Origin: Aliivibrio fischeri ES114
GTDB taxonomy: Bacteria > Pseudomonadota > Gammaproteobacteria > Enterobacterales > Vibrionaceae
NCBI RefSeq assembly: GCF_000011805.1
Contig: NC_006840.2
Reading direction: 5' to 3' (one strand)
Length of the DNA: 32,000 nt
A model generated the notes under the pieces. The model had not been told where the DNA came from. It worked only from the letters and a program-made list of their open reading frames with translations, and ran no database searches. Both the position numbers and the translations under genes were made by a program. Positions 1 through 10,203 of this stretch are shown piece after piece; the stretch's first letter is position 1, and each line of letters opens with the position of its first letter.

Positions 1-1138
1 TGCGAAAATGTATGGTCAAGCGGTACGCAATGACGTGATGGGTGAAGTTATGCAACGTCACTTCATCGAAGCTATCGTAAAAGAGAAAATCAACCCAGCG
101 GGTGCTCCAACTTTTACTCCAGTTGAATTTGCTGAAGGTAAAGATCTAGTTTTCACTGCTTCTTTTGAAGTTTACCCAGAAGTTGCTCTTCAAGGTCTAG
201 ACAAAGTTGTTGTTGAAAAACCACAAGTTGAAGTTAAAGACGAAGACGTAGCAGAAATGCTAGAAACTCTACGTAAGCAACAATCTACTTGGGCTGACGC
301 TGATATCGCTGCTGAAGACGGTACTCGCGCTACAATCAACTTTGTTGGTTCTATCGACGGTGAAGAGTTTGAAGGCGGTAAAGCTGAAAACTTCCCTCTA
401 GAAATGGGCCAAGGTCGTATGATCCCTGGTTTTGAAGATGGCATCAAAGGTAAGAAAGCTGGTGAAGAACTAACTATCGACGTTAACTTCCCTGAAGAAT
501 ACCACGCAGAAAACCTAAAAGGTAAAGCTGCACAATTCGCTATCAAAGTAGTGAAAGTTGAATCTCGTGAGCTTCCTGAGCTAAACGATGAGTTCGTTGC
601 TAAGTTCGGCGCTGAAGGTGGTGTTGAAGGTCTTAAAGCTGAAGTTCGTAAGAACATGGAGCGTGAACTAGCTCAAGCTGTTAAGAACAAGATCAAAGAA
701 CAAGCAATCAACGGTCTAGTTGAGCAAAACAACATTGACGTACCTTCTGCTCTAATCGATCAAGAAGTTCAAGTTTTACGTCAACAAGCAGTTCAACGTT
801 TCGGTGGCAACGCTGACACAGCTCCTGAGCTTCCACGTGAACTATTTGAAGAACAAGCTAAACGTCGCGTAGTTGTAGGTCTTCTTCTTGGTGAAGTTAT
901 CAAGTCTGAAGAACTAAAAGCTGATGATGAGAAAGTAAAAGCGCTTATCAACGAAATGGCTTCTGCATACGAAGATCCAACAGAAGTTGTTGCTTACTAC
1001 GAAGGCAACGAGCAAATGATGAACAACATGCGTAATGTTGCTCTAGAAGAACAAGCTGTTGAAGCTATCCTAGCTAAAGCACAAGTTTCTGAAAAAGCAT
1101 TTGGCTTTAACGAACTAATGAATCAACAACCTGCTTAA
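1..1138 (+). CDS. tig: Trigger factor (ribosome-associated chaperone/PPIase); 5' end lies outside the window
   Basis: The frame is open from the first base. The translation is collinear with E. coli Tig from about residue 55 to the C-terminus ([52 protein letters not shown]). It is followed by clpP-clpX-lon as in E. coli. Codon usage is strongly optimised (CTA/CTT, GGT, CGT, AAC, ATC). Confidence 0.97.
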   Translation, partial: AKMYGQAVRNDVMGEVMQRHFIEAIVKEKINPAGAPTFTPVEFAEGKDLVFTASFEVYPEVALQGLDKVVVEKPQVEVKDEDVAEMLETLRKQQSTWADADIAAEDGTRATINFVGSIDGEEFEGGKAENFPLEMGQGRMIPGFEDGIKGKKAGEELTIDVNFPEEYHAENLKGKAAQFAIKVVKVESRELPELNDEFVAKFGAEGGVEGLKAEVRKNMERELAQAVKNKIKEQAINGLVEQNNIDVPSALIDQEVQVLRQQAVQRFGGNADTAPELPRELFEEQAKRRVVVGLLLGEVIKSEELKADDEKVKALINEMASAYEDPTEVVAYYEGNEQMMNNMRNVALEEQAVEAILAKAQVSEKAFGFNELMNQQPA

Positions 1139-1193
1139 TTTCTAAATTAATTAAGTAGTTAGTTGACTTAGTTTCACAAGATCTGCTAATAAT

Positions 1194-1228
1194 GGTCCGA
1201 ATGAAGCGTCATTCGGACCATTTATTTT
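1194..1228 (+). terminator. Rho-independent terminator after tig
   Basis: GGTCCGAATGA-AGCG-TCATTCGGACC forms an 11-bp perfect stem and is followed by ATTTATTTT. Confidence 0.75.
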
Positions 1229-1243
1229 ATAAGGGATACGGTT

Positions 1244-1867
1244 ATGAGCTATCAAGAAAACAATGCAATGCCTTCTATTATGGATGCACTTGTTCCTATG
1301 GTTGTTGAGCAAACTTCACGTGGTGAGCGTTCGTATGATATTTATTCCCGTCTGTTAAAAGAGCGAGTTATCTTTTTAACAGGTCAAGTTGAAGATCACA
1401 TGGCTAACCTAGTTGTAGCACAGTTGCTTTTCCTTGAGTCTGAGAACCCTGATAAGGATATCTTCCTATACATTAATTCTCCAGGTGGTTCTGTTACTGC
1501 GGGTATGTCTATTTACGACACAATGCAGTTCATCAAGCCAAACGTGAGTACAGTATGTATGGGTCAAGCATGTTCTATGGGTGCCTTCTTACTTGCAGGT
1601 GGTGCTCCTGGTAAGCGTTATGTATTACCAAATTCACGTGTGATGATTCACCAACCACTAGGTGGTTTCCAAGGCCAAGCGTCTGATATTCAAATTCATG
1701 CTCAAGAAATCTTAACGATTAAGAAGAAATTGAATACGTTGCTTGCAGAGCACACAGGTCAGCCTTTGGAAGTGATTGAACAAGATACAGATCGTGATAA
1801 TTTCATGTCAGCAGATGATGCTGTGAAATACGGTCTTGTAGATGCTGTGTTAAATAAGCGTGACTAA
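1244..1867 (+). CDS. clpP: ATP-dependent Clp protease proteolytic subunit
   Basis: 207 aa, collinear with E. coli ClpP ([30 protein letters not shown]; catalytic Ser context GQACSMGAF; His context VMIHQPLGG). Confidence 0.98.
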   Translation: MSYQENNAMPSIMDALVPMVVEQTSRGERSYDIYSRLLKERVIFLTGQVEDHMANLVVAQLLFLESENPDKDIFLYINSPGGSVTAGMSIYDTMQFIKPNVSTVCMGQACSMGAFLLAGGAPGKRYVLPNSRVMIHQPLGGFQGQASDIQIHAQEILTIKKKLNTLLAEHTGQPLEVIEQDTDRDNFMSADDAVKYGLVDAVLNKRD

Positions 1868-1953
1868 TTCATAAAAAAGCAGTAACGTTTACAGCAAAGA
1901 AGGTAAGTTAGTATAAACTTACAGCATAAAGGCAACGTTTAAGAGGTTAGCAA

Positions 1954-3240
1954 ATGACAGACAAGCGTAAAGACGAAAATAGTGGAAAGTTACTATATTG
2001 CTCTTTTTGCGGAAAAAGCCAGCATGAAGTTCGTAAACTAATTGCAGGCCCATCTGTTTATGTTTGTGATGAGTGCGTTGATTTATGTAACGACATTATT
2101 CGCGAAGAGCTAAAAGATAATACTCTGTCTCCTAAAGAGAGTAGTGAAGAGTTACCAACACCACGTAATATTCGTGAGCATTTAGATGACTATGTAATTG
2201 GTCAAGAACATGCGAAGAAAGTACTGGCTGTTGCTGTATACAACCACTACAAGCGTTTGCGTAATGGCGATACAACAAAAGATGGGGTAGAGCTTGGTAA
2301 AAGTAATATCCTTCTGATTGGCCCAACGGGTAGTGGTAAAACATTACTTGCTGAGACTCTAGCTCGTTTCTTGGATGTACCGTTTACTATGGCGGATGCA
2401 ACCACATTAACTGAAGCGGGTTATGTTGGTGAAGATGTTGAAAACATCATTCAAAAGCTATTACAAAAATGCGATTACGATCCTGCTAAAGCAGAGCGTG
2501 GCATTGTATATATCGATGAAATTGACAAGATTTCTCGTAAGTCTGAAAACCCATCAATTACACGTGATGTGTCTGGTGAAGGTGTTCAGCAAGCGCTATT
2601 GAAATTGATTGAAGGCACAATTGCTTCAGTTCCACCTCAAGGTGGTCGTAAGCATCCACAGCAAGAATTCCTACAAGTAGATACATCTAAGATTCTATTT
2701 ATTTGTGGTGGTGCTTTTGCTGGCTTAGATAAAGTAATTGAGCAACGTGTTGCAACAGGTACAGGCATTGGTTTTGGTGCTGATGTTCGTTCTAAAGAAA
2801 ACGAAGCAACAATCGGTGATTTGTTCAAGCAGATTGAACCAGAAGATTTAGTTAAGTTTGGTTTAATTCCAGAATTTATTGGCCGTTTACCTGTAACAAC
2901 AACGCTGACTGAATTAGATGAAGAAGCGTTAGTTCAGATTTTAAGTCAACCTAAAAATGCATTAACGAAACAATATGGTGCATTATTTGATTTAGAAGGT
3001 GCAGAGCTTGAATTCCGTGAAGATGCTTTAAAAGCAATTGCTAAAAAAGCAATGGATCGTAAAACAGGTGCTCGTGGACTTCGTTCAATTCTAGAAGCGG
3101 TATTACTCGAGACTATGTATGAATTACCTTCAAAAGAAGGCGTTTCTAAAGTAGTAATCGATGAGTCTGTGATTAATGGTGAATCAGAACCACTATTAAT
3201 TTTTGAAAACACAGAAACAAAAGCAATTTCTGCTGAATAG
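1954..3240 (+). CDS. clpX: ATP-dependent Clp protease ATP-binding subunit ClpX
   Basis: 428 aa. It has an N-terminal zinc-binding domain (CSFCGK...CDEC), a Walker A motif (GPTGSGKT) and a Walker B motif (IVYIDEIDK). It is near-identical in layout to E. coli ClpX. Confidence 0.98.
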   Translation: MTDKRKDENSGKLLYCSFCGKSQHEVRKLIAGPSVYVCDECVDLCNDIIREELKDNTLSPKESSEELPTPRNIREHLDDYVIGQEHAKKVLAVAVYNHYKRLRNGDTTKDGVELGKSNILLIGPTGSGKTLLAETLARFLDVPFTMADATTLTEAGYVGEDVENIIQKLLQKCDYDPAKAERGIVYIDEIDKISRKSENPSITRDVSGEGVQQALLKLIEGTIASVPPQGGRKHPQQEFLQVDTSKILFICGGAFAGLDKVIEQRVATGTGIGFGADVRSKENEATIGDLFKQIEPEDLVKFGLIPEFIGRLPVTTTLTELDEEALVQILSQPKNALTKQYGALFDLEGAELEFREDALKAIAKKAMDRKTGARGLRSILEAVLLETMYELPSKEGVSKVVIDESVINGESEPLLIFENTETKAISAE

Positions 3241-3264
3241 CAAAAGACAAGTTAGTTGAATAAA

Positions 3265-3295
3265 AAGGAGGCATTGGCCTCCTTTTTTATTTTTT
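3265..3295 (+). terminator. Rho-independent terminator after clpX
   Basis: AAGGAGGC-ATTG-GCCTCCTT hairpin followed by a long T-run (TTTTTATTTTTT). Confidence 0.8.
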
Positions 3296-3308
3296 AATGA
3301 AAATTATA

Positions 3309-3335
3309 TTGAATCTTAGCGACTTGCCCCCATAT
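3309..3335 (+). promoter_or_regulatory. Candidate sigma-32 (heat-shock) promoter of lon
   Basis: TTGAAT (3309-3314), a 13-nt spacer, then CCCCATAT (3328-3335), 37 nt upstream of the lon ATG. This fits the heat-shock consensus CTTGAA-N13-15-CCCCATnT and resembles the E. coli lon promoter as I recall it. Confidence 0.6.
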
Positions 3336-3371
3336 TATTCCTAATAGATACTGACGGAAAGAGAGAAGAAT

Positions 3372-5726
3372 ATGAACCTGGAGCGTTCCGAGCGCATCGA
3401 GATACCAGTTCTACCATTACGCGATGTTGTGGTATATCCCCACATGGTTATTCCATTATTCGTAGGCCGTGAAAAATCCATCCGTTGCTTAGAAGCAGCA
3501 ATGGAACAAAATAAGCAAGTTTTACTTGTGGCACAAAAAGAAGCTGCAAAAGAAGAGCCACAGTTAGATGACTTGCACGGTGTTGGTACAATTGCGACGA
3601 TTTTACAGTTATTAAAACTACCAGACGGCACAGTAAAAGTGTTAGTTGAAGGTCAGCAAAGAGCAAAAATTCACCAGTTTCTTGAGGCTGATTTCTTTAC
3701 TGCCGATGCTGAATTCTTGCTGACACCTGTTATTGATGATTCAGAGCAAGAAGTGATCATGCGCTCTGCAATTAATCAATTTGAAGGCTTCATCAAATTA
3801 AATAAAAAGATTCCACCAGAAGTGTTAACTTCATTAAACGGAATTGAAGATGCTGCACGTCTTGCTGACACTATTGCTGCTCATATGCCATTAAAATTGG
3901 TTGATAAGCAAGAAGTATTAGAATTAACAGATGTGATTGCTCGTTTAGAATATTTAATGGGCATGATGGAATCGGAGATCGATTTACTTCAAATCGAAAA
4001 ACGTATTCGTGGCCGTGTTAAAAAACAAATGGAAAAAAGCCAACGTGAGTACTATTTGAATGAGCAAATGAAAGCCATTCAGAAAGAACTGGGCGATTTG
4101 GATGATGCGCCTGATGAGTTTGAAGCACTACAAAAGAAAATTGTAGATGCAAAAATGCCAAAAGAAGCGCAAGAAAAAGCAGAGCAAGAGCTTCAGAAAT
4201 TAAAAATGATGTCTCCAATGTCAGCTGAAGCAACGGTAGTTCGTAGCTACATTGATTGCATGGTTGGTGTTCCATGGCATAAACGCTCTAAAGTTAAGAA
4301 AGACTTGGCAAAAGCAGAAGAGATCTTAAATTCAGATCACTACGGCTTAGAGCGAGTAAAAGAACGCATTTTAGAATATTTAGCGGTTCAAAGCCGAGTA
4401 AGTAAGCTAAAAGGTCCTATCCTTTGTTTAGTTGGACCTCCTGGTGTAGGTAAAACCTCATTAGGCCAATCTATTGCGAAAGCAACGGGACGTAAATACA
4501 CACGTATGGCTCTTGGTGGCGTACGTGATGAAGCTGAGATTCGAGGGCATCGTCGTACTTACATTGGTTCATTACCAGGTAAGTTAATCCAAAAACTGTC
4601 GAAAGTTGAAGTGAAAAACCCACTTTTCCTTTTGGATGAAATTGACAAAATGTCATCAGACATGCGTGGTGATCCGGCATCTGCTTTATTAGAAGTGCTT
4701 GACCCTGAACAAAACAGCGCATTCAGTGATCACTATTTAGAAGTTGATTACGATTTGTCAGATGTCATGTTTGTTGCAACATCTAACTCAATGAATATTC
4801 CGGGTCCATTATTGGACCGTATGGAAGTGATTCGTTTATCGGGTTATACAGAAGATGAAAAACTGAACATCGCTAAGAATCATTTACTGACAAAACAGAT
4901 TAAGCGTAATGGCTTAAAAGAACATGAAATTGAGATTGATGATTCAGCAATCATTGGCATTATTCGTTATTACACGCGTGAAGCTGGTGTTCGTAGCTTA
5001 GAGCGAGAAATCTCTAAATTATGTCGTAAAGCGGTTAAGCAGATCTTACTTGATAAATCGATTAAGAAAGTCACGATTAATCAAGATAACCTGAAAGATT
5101 TCTTAGGCGTTCAGCGTTGTGATTACGGTAAAGCGGATGATGAGAATCGCATTGGTCAAGTTGTTGGTTTAGCTTGGACTGAAGTTGGTGGTGATTTACT
5201 TACTATTGAAGCTGAGTCAATGATAGGTAAAGGTAAGCTTACTTATACAGGTTCGCTTGGTGACGTAATGAAAGAGTCAATCCAAGCTGCAATGACCGTG
5301 GTTCGTACTCGTGCTGAAAAATTAGGTATTAATCCTGATTTCTACGAAAAACGTGATATTCACGTACACGTACCAGAAGGTGCAACACCAAAAGATGGTC
5401 CAAGTGCAGGCATCGGTATGTGTACAGCACTTGTTTCAAGCCTAACTGGTAATCCGGTTCGTTCTGATGTTGCAATGACGGGTGAAATTACACTGCGTGG
5501 TGAAGTTCTGCCTATTGGCGGTTTAAAAGAAAAACTGTTAGCTGCACACCGTGGTGGAATTAAAACCGTGATCATTCCAAAAGAGAATGAGCGTGATTTA
5601 GAAGACATTCCAGCGAATGTAATTGCTGATTTATCTGTTCATCCAGTTAAGTGGATTGACGAAGTTTTGACATTGGCTTTACAAAGCGACCCATCAGGTT
5701 TTAGTGTTGAACAATCTAAAAAGTGA
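3372..5726 (+). CDS. lon: Lon protease (endopeptidase La)
   Basis: 784 aa. The N-terminus [44 protein letters not shown] matches E. coli Lon. Walker A motif GPPGVGKTS; catalytic Ser context PKDGPSAGI. Confidence 0.98.
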   Translation: MNLERSERIEIPVLPLRDVVVYPHMVIPLFVGREKSIRCLEAAMEQNKQVLLVAQKEAAKEEPQLDDLHGVGTIATILQLLKLPDGTVKVLVEGQQRAKIHQFLEADFFTADAEFLLTPVIDDSEQEVIMRSAINQFEGFIKLNKKIPPEVLTSLNGIEDAARLADTIAAHMPLKLVDKQEVLELTDVIARLEYLMGMMESEIDLLQIEKRIRGRVKKQMEKSQREYYLNEQMKAIQKELGDLDDAPDEFEALQKKIVDAKMPKEAQEKAEQELQKLKMMSPMSAEATVVRSYIDCMVGVPWHKRSKVKKDLAKAEEILNSDHYGLERVKERILEYLAVQSRVSKLKGPILCLVGPPGVGKTSLGQSIAKATGRKYTRMALGGVRDEAEIRGHRRTYIGSLPGKLIQKLSKVEVKNPLFLLDEIDKMSSDMRGDPASALLEVLDPEQNSAFSDHYLEVDYDLSDVMFVATSNSMNIPGPLLDRMEVIRLSGYTEDEKLNIAKNHLLTKQIKRNGLKEHEIEIDDSAIIGIIRYYTREAGVRSLEREISKLCRKAVKQILLDKSIKKVTINQDNLKDFLGVQRCDYGKADDENRIGQVVGLAWTEVGGDLLTIEAESMIGKGKLTYTGSLGDVMKESIQAAMTVVRTRAEKLGINPDFYEKRDIHVHVPEGATPKDGPSAGIGMCTALVSSLTGNPVRSDVAMTGEITLRGEVLPIGGLKEKLLAAHRGGIKTVIIPKENERDLEDIPANVIADLSVHPVKWIDEVLTLALQSDPSGFSVEQSKK

Positions 5727-5757
5727 TGTGTAGCAAAAAACGTTGATATAACAGGGC

Positions 5758-5780
5758 TGACAAGTCGAAATGACTTGTCA
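5758..5780 (+). terminator. Hairpin downstream of lon (weak or partial terminator candidate)
   Basis: TGACAAGTC-GAAAT-GACTTGTCA forms a 9-bp perfect stem. The following tract CTCTATATT is T-poor, so efficiency is uncertain. Confidence 0.45.
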
Positions 5781-5898
5781 CTCTATATTGATATCGTTAA
5801 GTTAGACTCTATTGCTGTGAAGATCAATTCACACAACAAATATTATTATATGGACTCGTTCATTAAACTGTTGAATGAAAATTTTAAAGGGGAATACC

Positions 5899-6171
5899 GT
5901 GAATAAATCTCAATTAGTTGATCAAATTGCTGAAAGTGCAGATATCTCAAAAGCAGCAGCAGGCCGTGCTTTAGATGCACTAGTTGAAACAGTAACAGAG
6001 ACGCTAAAAAGTGGCGATCAAGTAACTCTTGTTGGTTTTGGGTCATTTGTAGTTCGTGAGCGTGCAGCTCGCACAGGTCGTAACCCAAAAACTGGTGAAG
6101 CGATTGAGATTTCAGCTGCAAAAGTTCCTGCTTTTAAAGCGGGTAAAGCATTAAAAGATGCGTGTAACTAA
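5899..6171 (+). CDS. hupB: DNA-binding protein HU-beta
   Basis: From the GTG at 5899 the product (M)[26 protein letters not shown]... is a 90-aa protein collinear with E. coli HupB (MNKSQLIDKIA...). GGGG (5889-5892) sits 6 nt upstream of the GTG. The track's ATG at 5875 adds 8 non-homologous residues and has no SD. Confidence 0.95.
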   Translation: MNKSQLVDQIAESADISKAAAGRALDALVETVTETLKSGDQVTLVGFGSFVVRERAARTGRNPKTGEAIEISAAKVPAFKAGKALKDACN

Positions 6172-6236
6172 TCGAAAACTAGATAAAACTCTACACAAGC
6201 TAGCGTAACGCTAGTAGACTAGAGATATGAGTCATA

Positions 6237-6262
6237 GGCGCATCCAATGATGCGCTTTTTTA
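6237..6262 (+). terminator. Rho-independent terminator after hupB
   Basis: GCGCATC-CAAT-GATGCGC hairpin followed by TTTTTTATT. Confidence 0.8.
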
Positions 6263-6375
6263 TTGTTAAATTTTTCTTTTGTTGAACTATTTTAAATTTT
6301 CACTATCAATAGAAATTGAAATGTTTTCTTAGGAATAAAATCATTCCATTCGGTGATTAGGAGTTAATACACATT

Positions 6376-8232
6376 ATGATGGATCGAATTCGCGAAGGTT
6401 CAACAGGCCTTGCAGTTAAGATCATTCTCGGTCTAATTATTTTCTCATTTGTATTTGCAGGTGTAGGTAGTTATTTAGTCGGTGGTGGCCAGCCTTTAGC
6501 AGCGAAAGTTGGTGAGCGCGAAATTACTCGTAATGAGTTTGAGCAAGTTTATCAAAATGAACGTAACCGTATGCAATCACAGTTAGGTGAATATTTTGCT
6601 ACGTTACTGGGTGATCCTGCATATGTAGAGCAATTCCGTAAGTCAGTTTTAGACCGTATGGTTAATGATGCACTGCTTGATAACCAAGCTCAAGATTTAG
6701 GCTTGCGTATTAGCGATGATCAAATTCGTCAAACTATCCTTTCAATGCCTCAATTCCAAAAAGATGGCAAGTTTGATGAAGAAATTTATAACATTTCTTT
6801 ACGCCGTGCAGGTTTTAGCTCTGATAGTTTTGCCGCTTACTTACGTCAAGACTTAGCAAGAAACCAGCTAGTTATGGCGTTAGAATCGACAGAATTTACG
6901 TTATCAAATGAAGTTCAAGCACAAGCTGCTTTAGAAACTCAGCAACGTGAAATTCGTACGATTACATTAAATACTGCTGATTTTGCTAAAAATGCAAAAG
7001 TAACAGATGAAGAAATCACAGAATACTACAATGCAAACAAACAACAATTTGTTCGACCTGAACAAGTAAAAGTGTCATATGTAGAGTTATCTGGTAATTC
7101 ATTAAAAGCGCAGGCGCCAATTACAGATAAAGAAATTGAAGAATATTACCAAGCGAATTTAGATAAATATTCTACACAAGAGAAGCGTGAAGTTAGCCAT
7201 ATTTTAATTAAAGGCGACGAAGCTGACGCACAAAAAGTGCTAGATAGAATTAACAATGGCGAAGACTTTGCTACTGTAGCTAAAGATGCTTCACAAGATA
7301 TCCCTACAGCTAAAGAAGGTGGTTCTTTAGGTTGGATTGAACGTGGTGTTATTGATCCTGAGTTTGAAGATGCTGCTTTCCAATTAGCAAAAGTTGGTGA
7401 TCATTCTGGTATCGTGAAATCAGCATTTGGTTTCCATATCATTCAACTGAATGGTATCGAAGAACCAACAACAAAACCGCTTGCTGAAGTAAGTGCTGAT
7501 ATCAAGTCGTTCTTAGTTGATGAGCATGCAGCTGATGCGTTTTACAGTCTACAAACTGAACTAGCTGAAAAAGCGTTTGAATCACCTGATTCATTAGATG
7601 ATGCTGCTGAAGCGGTTGATGCGAAGATTGTAACATCTGATTTCTTCTCTCAAGCTGATGCACCTAAAGCGCTTGCTGACTCAGCTGTACTTCAAGCTAT
7701 TTATAGCCCAGAAGTTAAAGAAGATGGTTTAAACTCTGATGTTATCGAAATTGCACCTGAACATGTTATCGTTGTTCGTGTTGAAGATGTTCGTGATGAA
7801 ATGGTTTTACCTCTTGATGAAGTAAAAGATGCAGTAATTGCTCGCTTATCTCAAGCACAAGGTGAACAGGAAGCCCTAGAACTTGCTCAAAACGTAATTT
7901 CAGGCCTTAATAAAGGTGACAATAGCGTGATGGCAAATAATGGCTTAGCGTTTGCTGAGGCTCGAATGATCAGTCGCAATGATGAATTAGCAAATGACGT
8001 ATATCGTTTAGAGAAGCCTGCTGATGGTAAATCAACGTATGCACAGGTTATGGATCGTCAAGGAAACCATGTCATTGTTGCTCTTGATAGTGTATTAGAA
8101 TTAAATGATTCAAATATGTCATCGCAAATTGCTACTGGTTTATTGCGTTCTCAAACTCAGCAAGATTTAACAGCAACGTTAGATACGCTAAAAGAAAGTA
8201 CAGAAATTAGCTATCCGTTACTTGAACAGTAA
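6376..8232 (+). CDS. ppiD: Periplasmic chaperone / peptidyl-prolyl isomerase PpiD
   Basis: 618 aa with an N-terminal membrane anchor (LAVKIILGLIIFSFVFAGVGSYLVGG) and a parvulin-like segment (GGSLGWIERG...FGFHIIQL). It follows hupB as in E. coli. Confidence 0.93.
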   Translation: MMDRIREGSTGLAVKIILGLIIFSFVFAGVGSYLVGGGQPLAAKVGEREITRNEFEQVYQNERNRMQSQLGEYFATLLGDPAYVEQFRKSVLDRMVNDALLDNQAQDLGLRISDDQIRQTILSMPQFQKDGKFDEEIYNISLRRAGFSSDSFAAYLRQDLARNQLVMALESTEFTLSNEVQAQAALETQQREIRTITLNTADFAKNAKVTDEEITEYYNANKQQFVRPEQVKVSYVELSGNSLKAQAPITDKEIEEYYQANLDKYSTQEKREVSHILIKGDEADAQKVLDRINNGEDFATVAKDASQDIPTAKEGGSLGWIERGVIDPEFEDAAFQLAKVGDHSGIVKSAFGFHIIQLNGIEEPTTKPLAEVSADIKSFLVDEHAADAFYSLQTELAEKAFESPDSLDDAAEAVDAKIVTSDFFSQADAPKALADSAVLQAIYSPEVKEDGLNSDVIEIAPEHVIVVRVEDVRDEMVLPLDEVKDAVIARLSQAQGEQEALELAQNVISGLNKGDNSVMANNGLAFAEARMISRNDELANDVYRLEKPADGKSTYAQVMDRQGNHVIVALDSVLELNDSNMSSQIATGLLRSQTQQDLTATLDTLKESTEISYPLLEQ

Positions 8233-8262
8233 AACATTTCTTTGTAACTGATAAATATAAAA

Positions 8263-8296
8263 GACGGGCCCCTATAAGGGGCCCGTCGTGTTTTTA
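8263..8296 (+). terminator. Rho-independent terminator after ppiD
   Basis: GACGGGCCCC-TATAA-GGGGCCCGTC forms a 10-bp GC-rich perfect stem followed by GTGTTTTT. Confidence 0.85.
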
Positions 8297-8419
8297 AAGA
8301 TAGAAACTATTTCCATATAGGTTTTTAGTAAACGTTTTAATATGCTTTTTCCGATGTTTGAATAGGTGTTGTTTTCTGATGTATCAATCATCATTTTTTC
8401 ATTTTAAAAAGGATACATA

Positions 8420-8722
8420 ATGAAACGCATACTCACTTTACTCAGTACCTTGATGTTAACACTAACACTTTTCTCTGCTTCAGTAGTTGCAGAAGTAACA
8501 AAAAGCGATACACATGAAGGTATTGAAATAACGGTTAACATCAACCAAGCAGGAGCTGAAGAGCTAAAAACGTTATTGGTTGGTGTTGGAGAATCAAAAG
8601 CTCAAGCGATAATTGATTACCGTAATGCTAACGGCAAGTTTGTCAAAGCTGATGATTTAACGAAAGTTAAAGGTATTGGGGATAAACTGGTTGAGAAAAA
8701 CCGAGATAGAATCATATTGTAG
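8420..8722 (+). CDS. comEA: Periplasmic DNA-binding competence protein ComEA (helix-hairpin-helix)
   Basis: 100 aa with a signal peptide (MKRILTLLSTLMLTLTLFSASVVA) and an HhH region (NINQAGAEELKTL.GVGESKAQAIIDYRNANGKF...LTKVKGIG). It occupies the same position as E. coli ybaV downstream of ppiD. Confidence 0.9.
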   Translation: MKRILTLLSTLMLTLTLFSASVVAEVTKSDTHEGIEITVNINQAGAEELKTLLVGVGESKAQAIIDYRNANGKFVKADDLTKVKGIGDKLVEKNRDRIIL

Positions 8723-8770
8723 AGTTATATTTAGTTGTACCAATTTAGCTAATCAGCTCATTGGTACAAT

Positions 8771-8799
8771 AAAAAGGCAGCCATGAAGGCTGCTTTTTT
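8771..8799. terminator. Bidirectional terminator between convergent comEA and the POT transporter gene
   Basis: AAAAA-GGCAGCC-ATGAA-GGCTGC-TTTTTT. The hairpin is flanked by an A-run on one side and a T-run on the other. Confidence 0.75.
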
Positions 8800-8847
8800 G
8801 TGCTAAATCGTATTCTGAATATTTGATATTCAGTTTGGAATTACCGA

Positions 8848-10203
8848 TTAATGAGCTTTTTCAGCACCGTGCATCCAACGAATAAGTGTACCTGAAATTA
8901 TCAGAAGAAGAACACCAGAAACTGTTGCCGTGATAGCAATACCAGCAAAGATATCTAGAGCACCTAAGCTTTCAACATGTGAGCCTACTAAGCCTGCAAT
9001 GTAGTTAGAGATAGCATTGAAACCAAACCAAGTACCCATCATTAATGAAGCTAAACGTAATGGAGCTAATTTAGTAACTAATGAAAGACCAATTGGTGAT
9101 AAACACAGTTCGCCTAAAGTATGGAAGAAATACGCACCAACTAACCAAAGCATTGAAGTTTTAACGGTTAAGTCGCCACCTTGTTCTAGTACTGCGCCAA
9201 CCATACATACGAAACCCATAGCCAAGAAGAATAGAGCCATCGCAAATTTAACTGGTGAGCTTGGCTCTTTTGGACCGAGTTTAACCCATATCCCAGCAAT
9301 GATAGGAGCAAGAACAATAATAAAGAACGGGTTTAACGATTGGAACCAAGCTGCAGGAACTTCAAAAGAACCAATCATTCTATCTGTGTATTGTTGTGAA
9401 TATACATTCATTAGGCCACCAGCTTGTTCAAAGCCTGCCCAGAAAACAATAACGAATAAGCCCATGATCATGACCACTTTTAGTCGGTCAATTTCTTCTT
9501 TAGTTAACGCTGTGCTTGATTTACCAGCTGCTTTTGCGTTTTCTTTTGCGATATGTGCTGCAGGTCTAACACCTATGTCACCTAAGAAGCGTTGGGCAAA
9601 AAGACTTTGGATGATCAAACTGATGATCATACCGATACCAGCTGCAACAAAACCAGCTTTCCATCCCCATACTCCAGTTACAGAGCCTGAAACAACACCA
9701 GCAAGTAAAGAACCTAAGTTAATACCCATGTAGAAGATAGTAAATGCGCCATCACGACGATGATCGCCATCTTCATATAAATCACCAACCATTGTGGAAA
9801 CATTTGGTTTAAATAAACCATTACCAGCGATTAGAAAACCAAGACCGGTATAAAATAAGGCTTCGACAGAAAAAGGAAGGAAATCGTGCGGTAAAGCCAA
9901 AGTAAATTGACCAATTACCATTAAGAAACCACCGATTAATAATGCTTTACGTTGGCCTAAGTAATTATCAGCTAACCATCCGCCAATGAGAGGGGTGATG
10001 TACATAAGGGCGGTATAAGTACCATATAGGCTTAATGCATCTTTTACTGTCCAACCCATACCACCATTGATGGTTCTATCTGTGAGATATAGAACCAAGA
10101 TAGCGCGCATTGCGTAATAGGAGAAGCGTTCCCAAAGCTCTGTTCCAAAAAGTAAGAACAACCCTTGAGGGTGTCCCATAAGTAATTTGTTGTTATTTGA
10201 CAT
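8848..10203 (-). CDS. Proton-dependent oligopeptide transporter (POT/PTR2 family, MFS), short 12-TM form
   Basis: 451 aa. POT signatures are present: ELWERFSYY (ExxERFxYY), GNGLFKPN and FWAGFEQ. I count 12 hydrophobic segments by eye. The linker between TM6 and TM7 is hydrophilic. Confidence 0.9.
   Translation of the reverse strand: MSNNNKLLMGHPQGLFLLFGTELWERFSYYAMRAILVLYLTDRTINGGMGWTVKDALSLYGTYTALMYITPLIGGWLADNYLGQRKALLIGGFLMVIGQFTLALPHDFLPFSVEALFYTGLGFLIAGNGLFKPNVSTMVGDLYEDGDHRRDGAFTIFYMGINLGSLLAGVVSGSVTGVWGWKAGFVAAGIGMIISLIIQSLFAQRFLGDIGVRPAAHIAKENAKAAGKSSTALTKEEIDRLKVVMIMGLFVIVFWAGFEQAGGLMNVYSQQYTDRMIGSFEVPAAWFQSLNPFFIIVLAPIIAGIWVKLGPKEPSSPVKFAMALFFLAMGFVCMVGAVLEQGGDLTVKTSMLWLVGAYFFHTLGELCLSPIGLSLVTKLAPLRLASLMMGTWFGFNAISNYIAGLVGSHVESLGALDIFAGIAITATVSGVLLLIISGTLIRWMHGAEKAH

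Noticed and set aside
190-657. 155-aa ORF antisense to tig
   Set aside because: It lies entirely inside the strongly supported tig frame. Its product is Ser/Pro/Thr-rich and low in complexity, which is typical of a shadow ORF. It has no SD.
1164-1193. Sigma-70-like promoter for clpP (TTGACT, 17-18 nt spacer, TAATAA)
   Set aside because: The hexamers are plausible, but they would place the TSS inside the tig terminator hairpin. I saw no sigma-32-type CCCCAT element. The support is insufficient to annotate it.
8297-8419. Search for a CRP-S (TfoX-dependent, TGCGA-N6-TCGCA) competence site upstream of comEA
   Set aside because: I saw no acceptable match. The best candidate (TCCGA-N6-AATAG) is too degenerate to report.
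9017-9733. 238-aa ORF antisense to the POT transporter gene
   Set aside because: It is long, but it mirrors a membrane-protein gene. The product is Pro/Thr/Lys-rich, has no recognisable motif and has no SD. The minus-strand frame carries unambiguous POT motifs.
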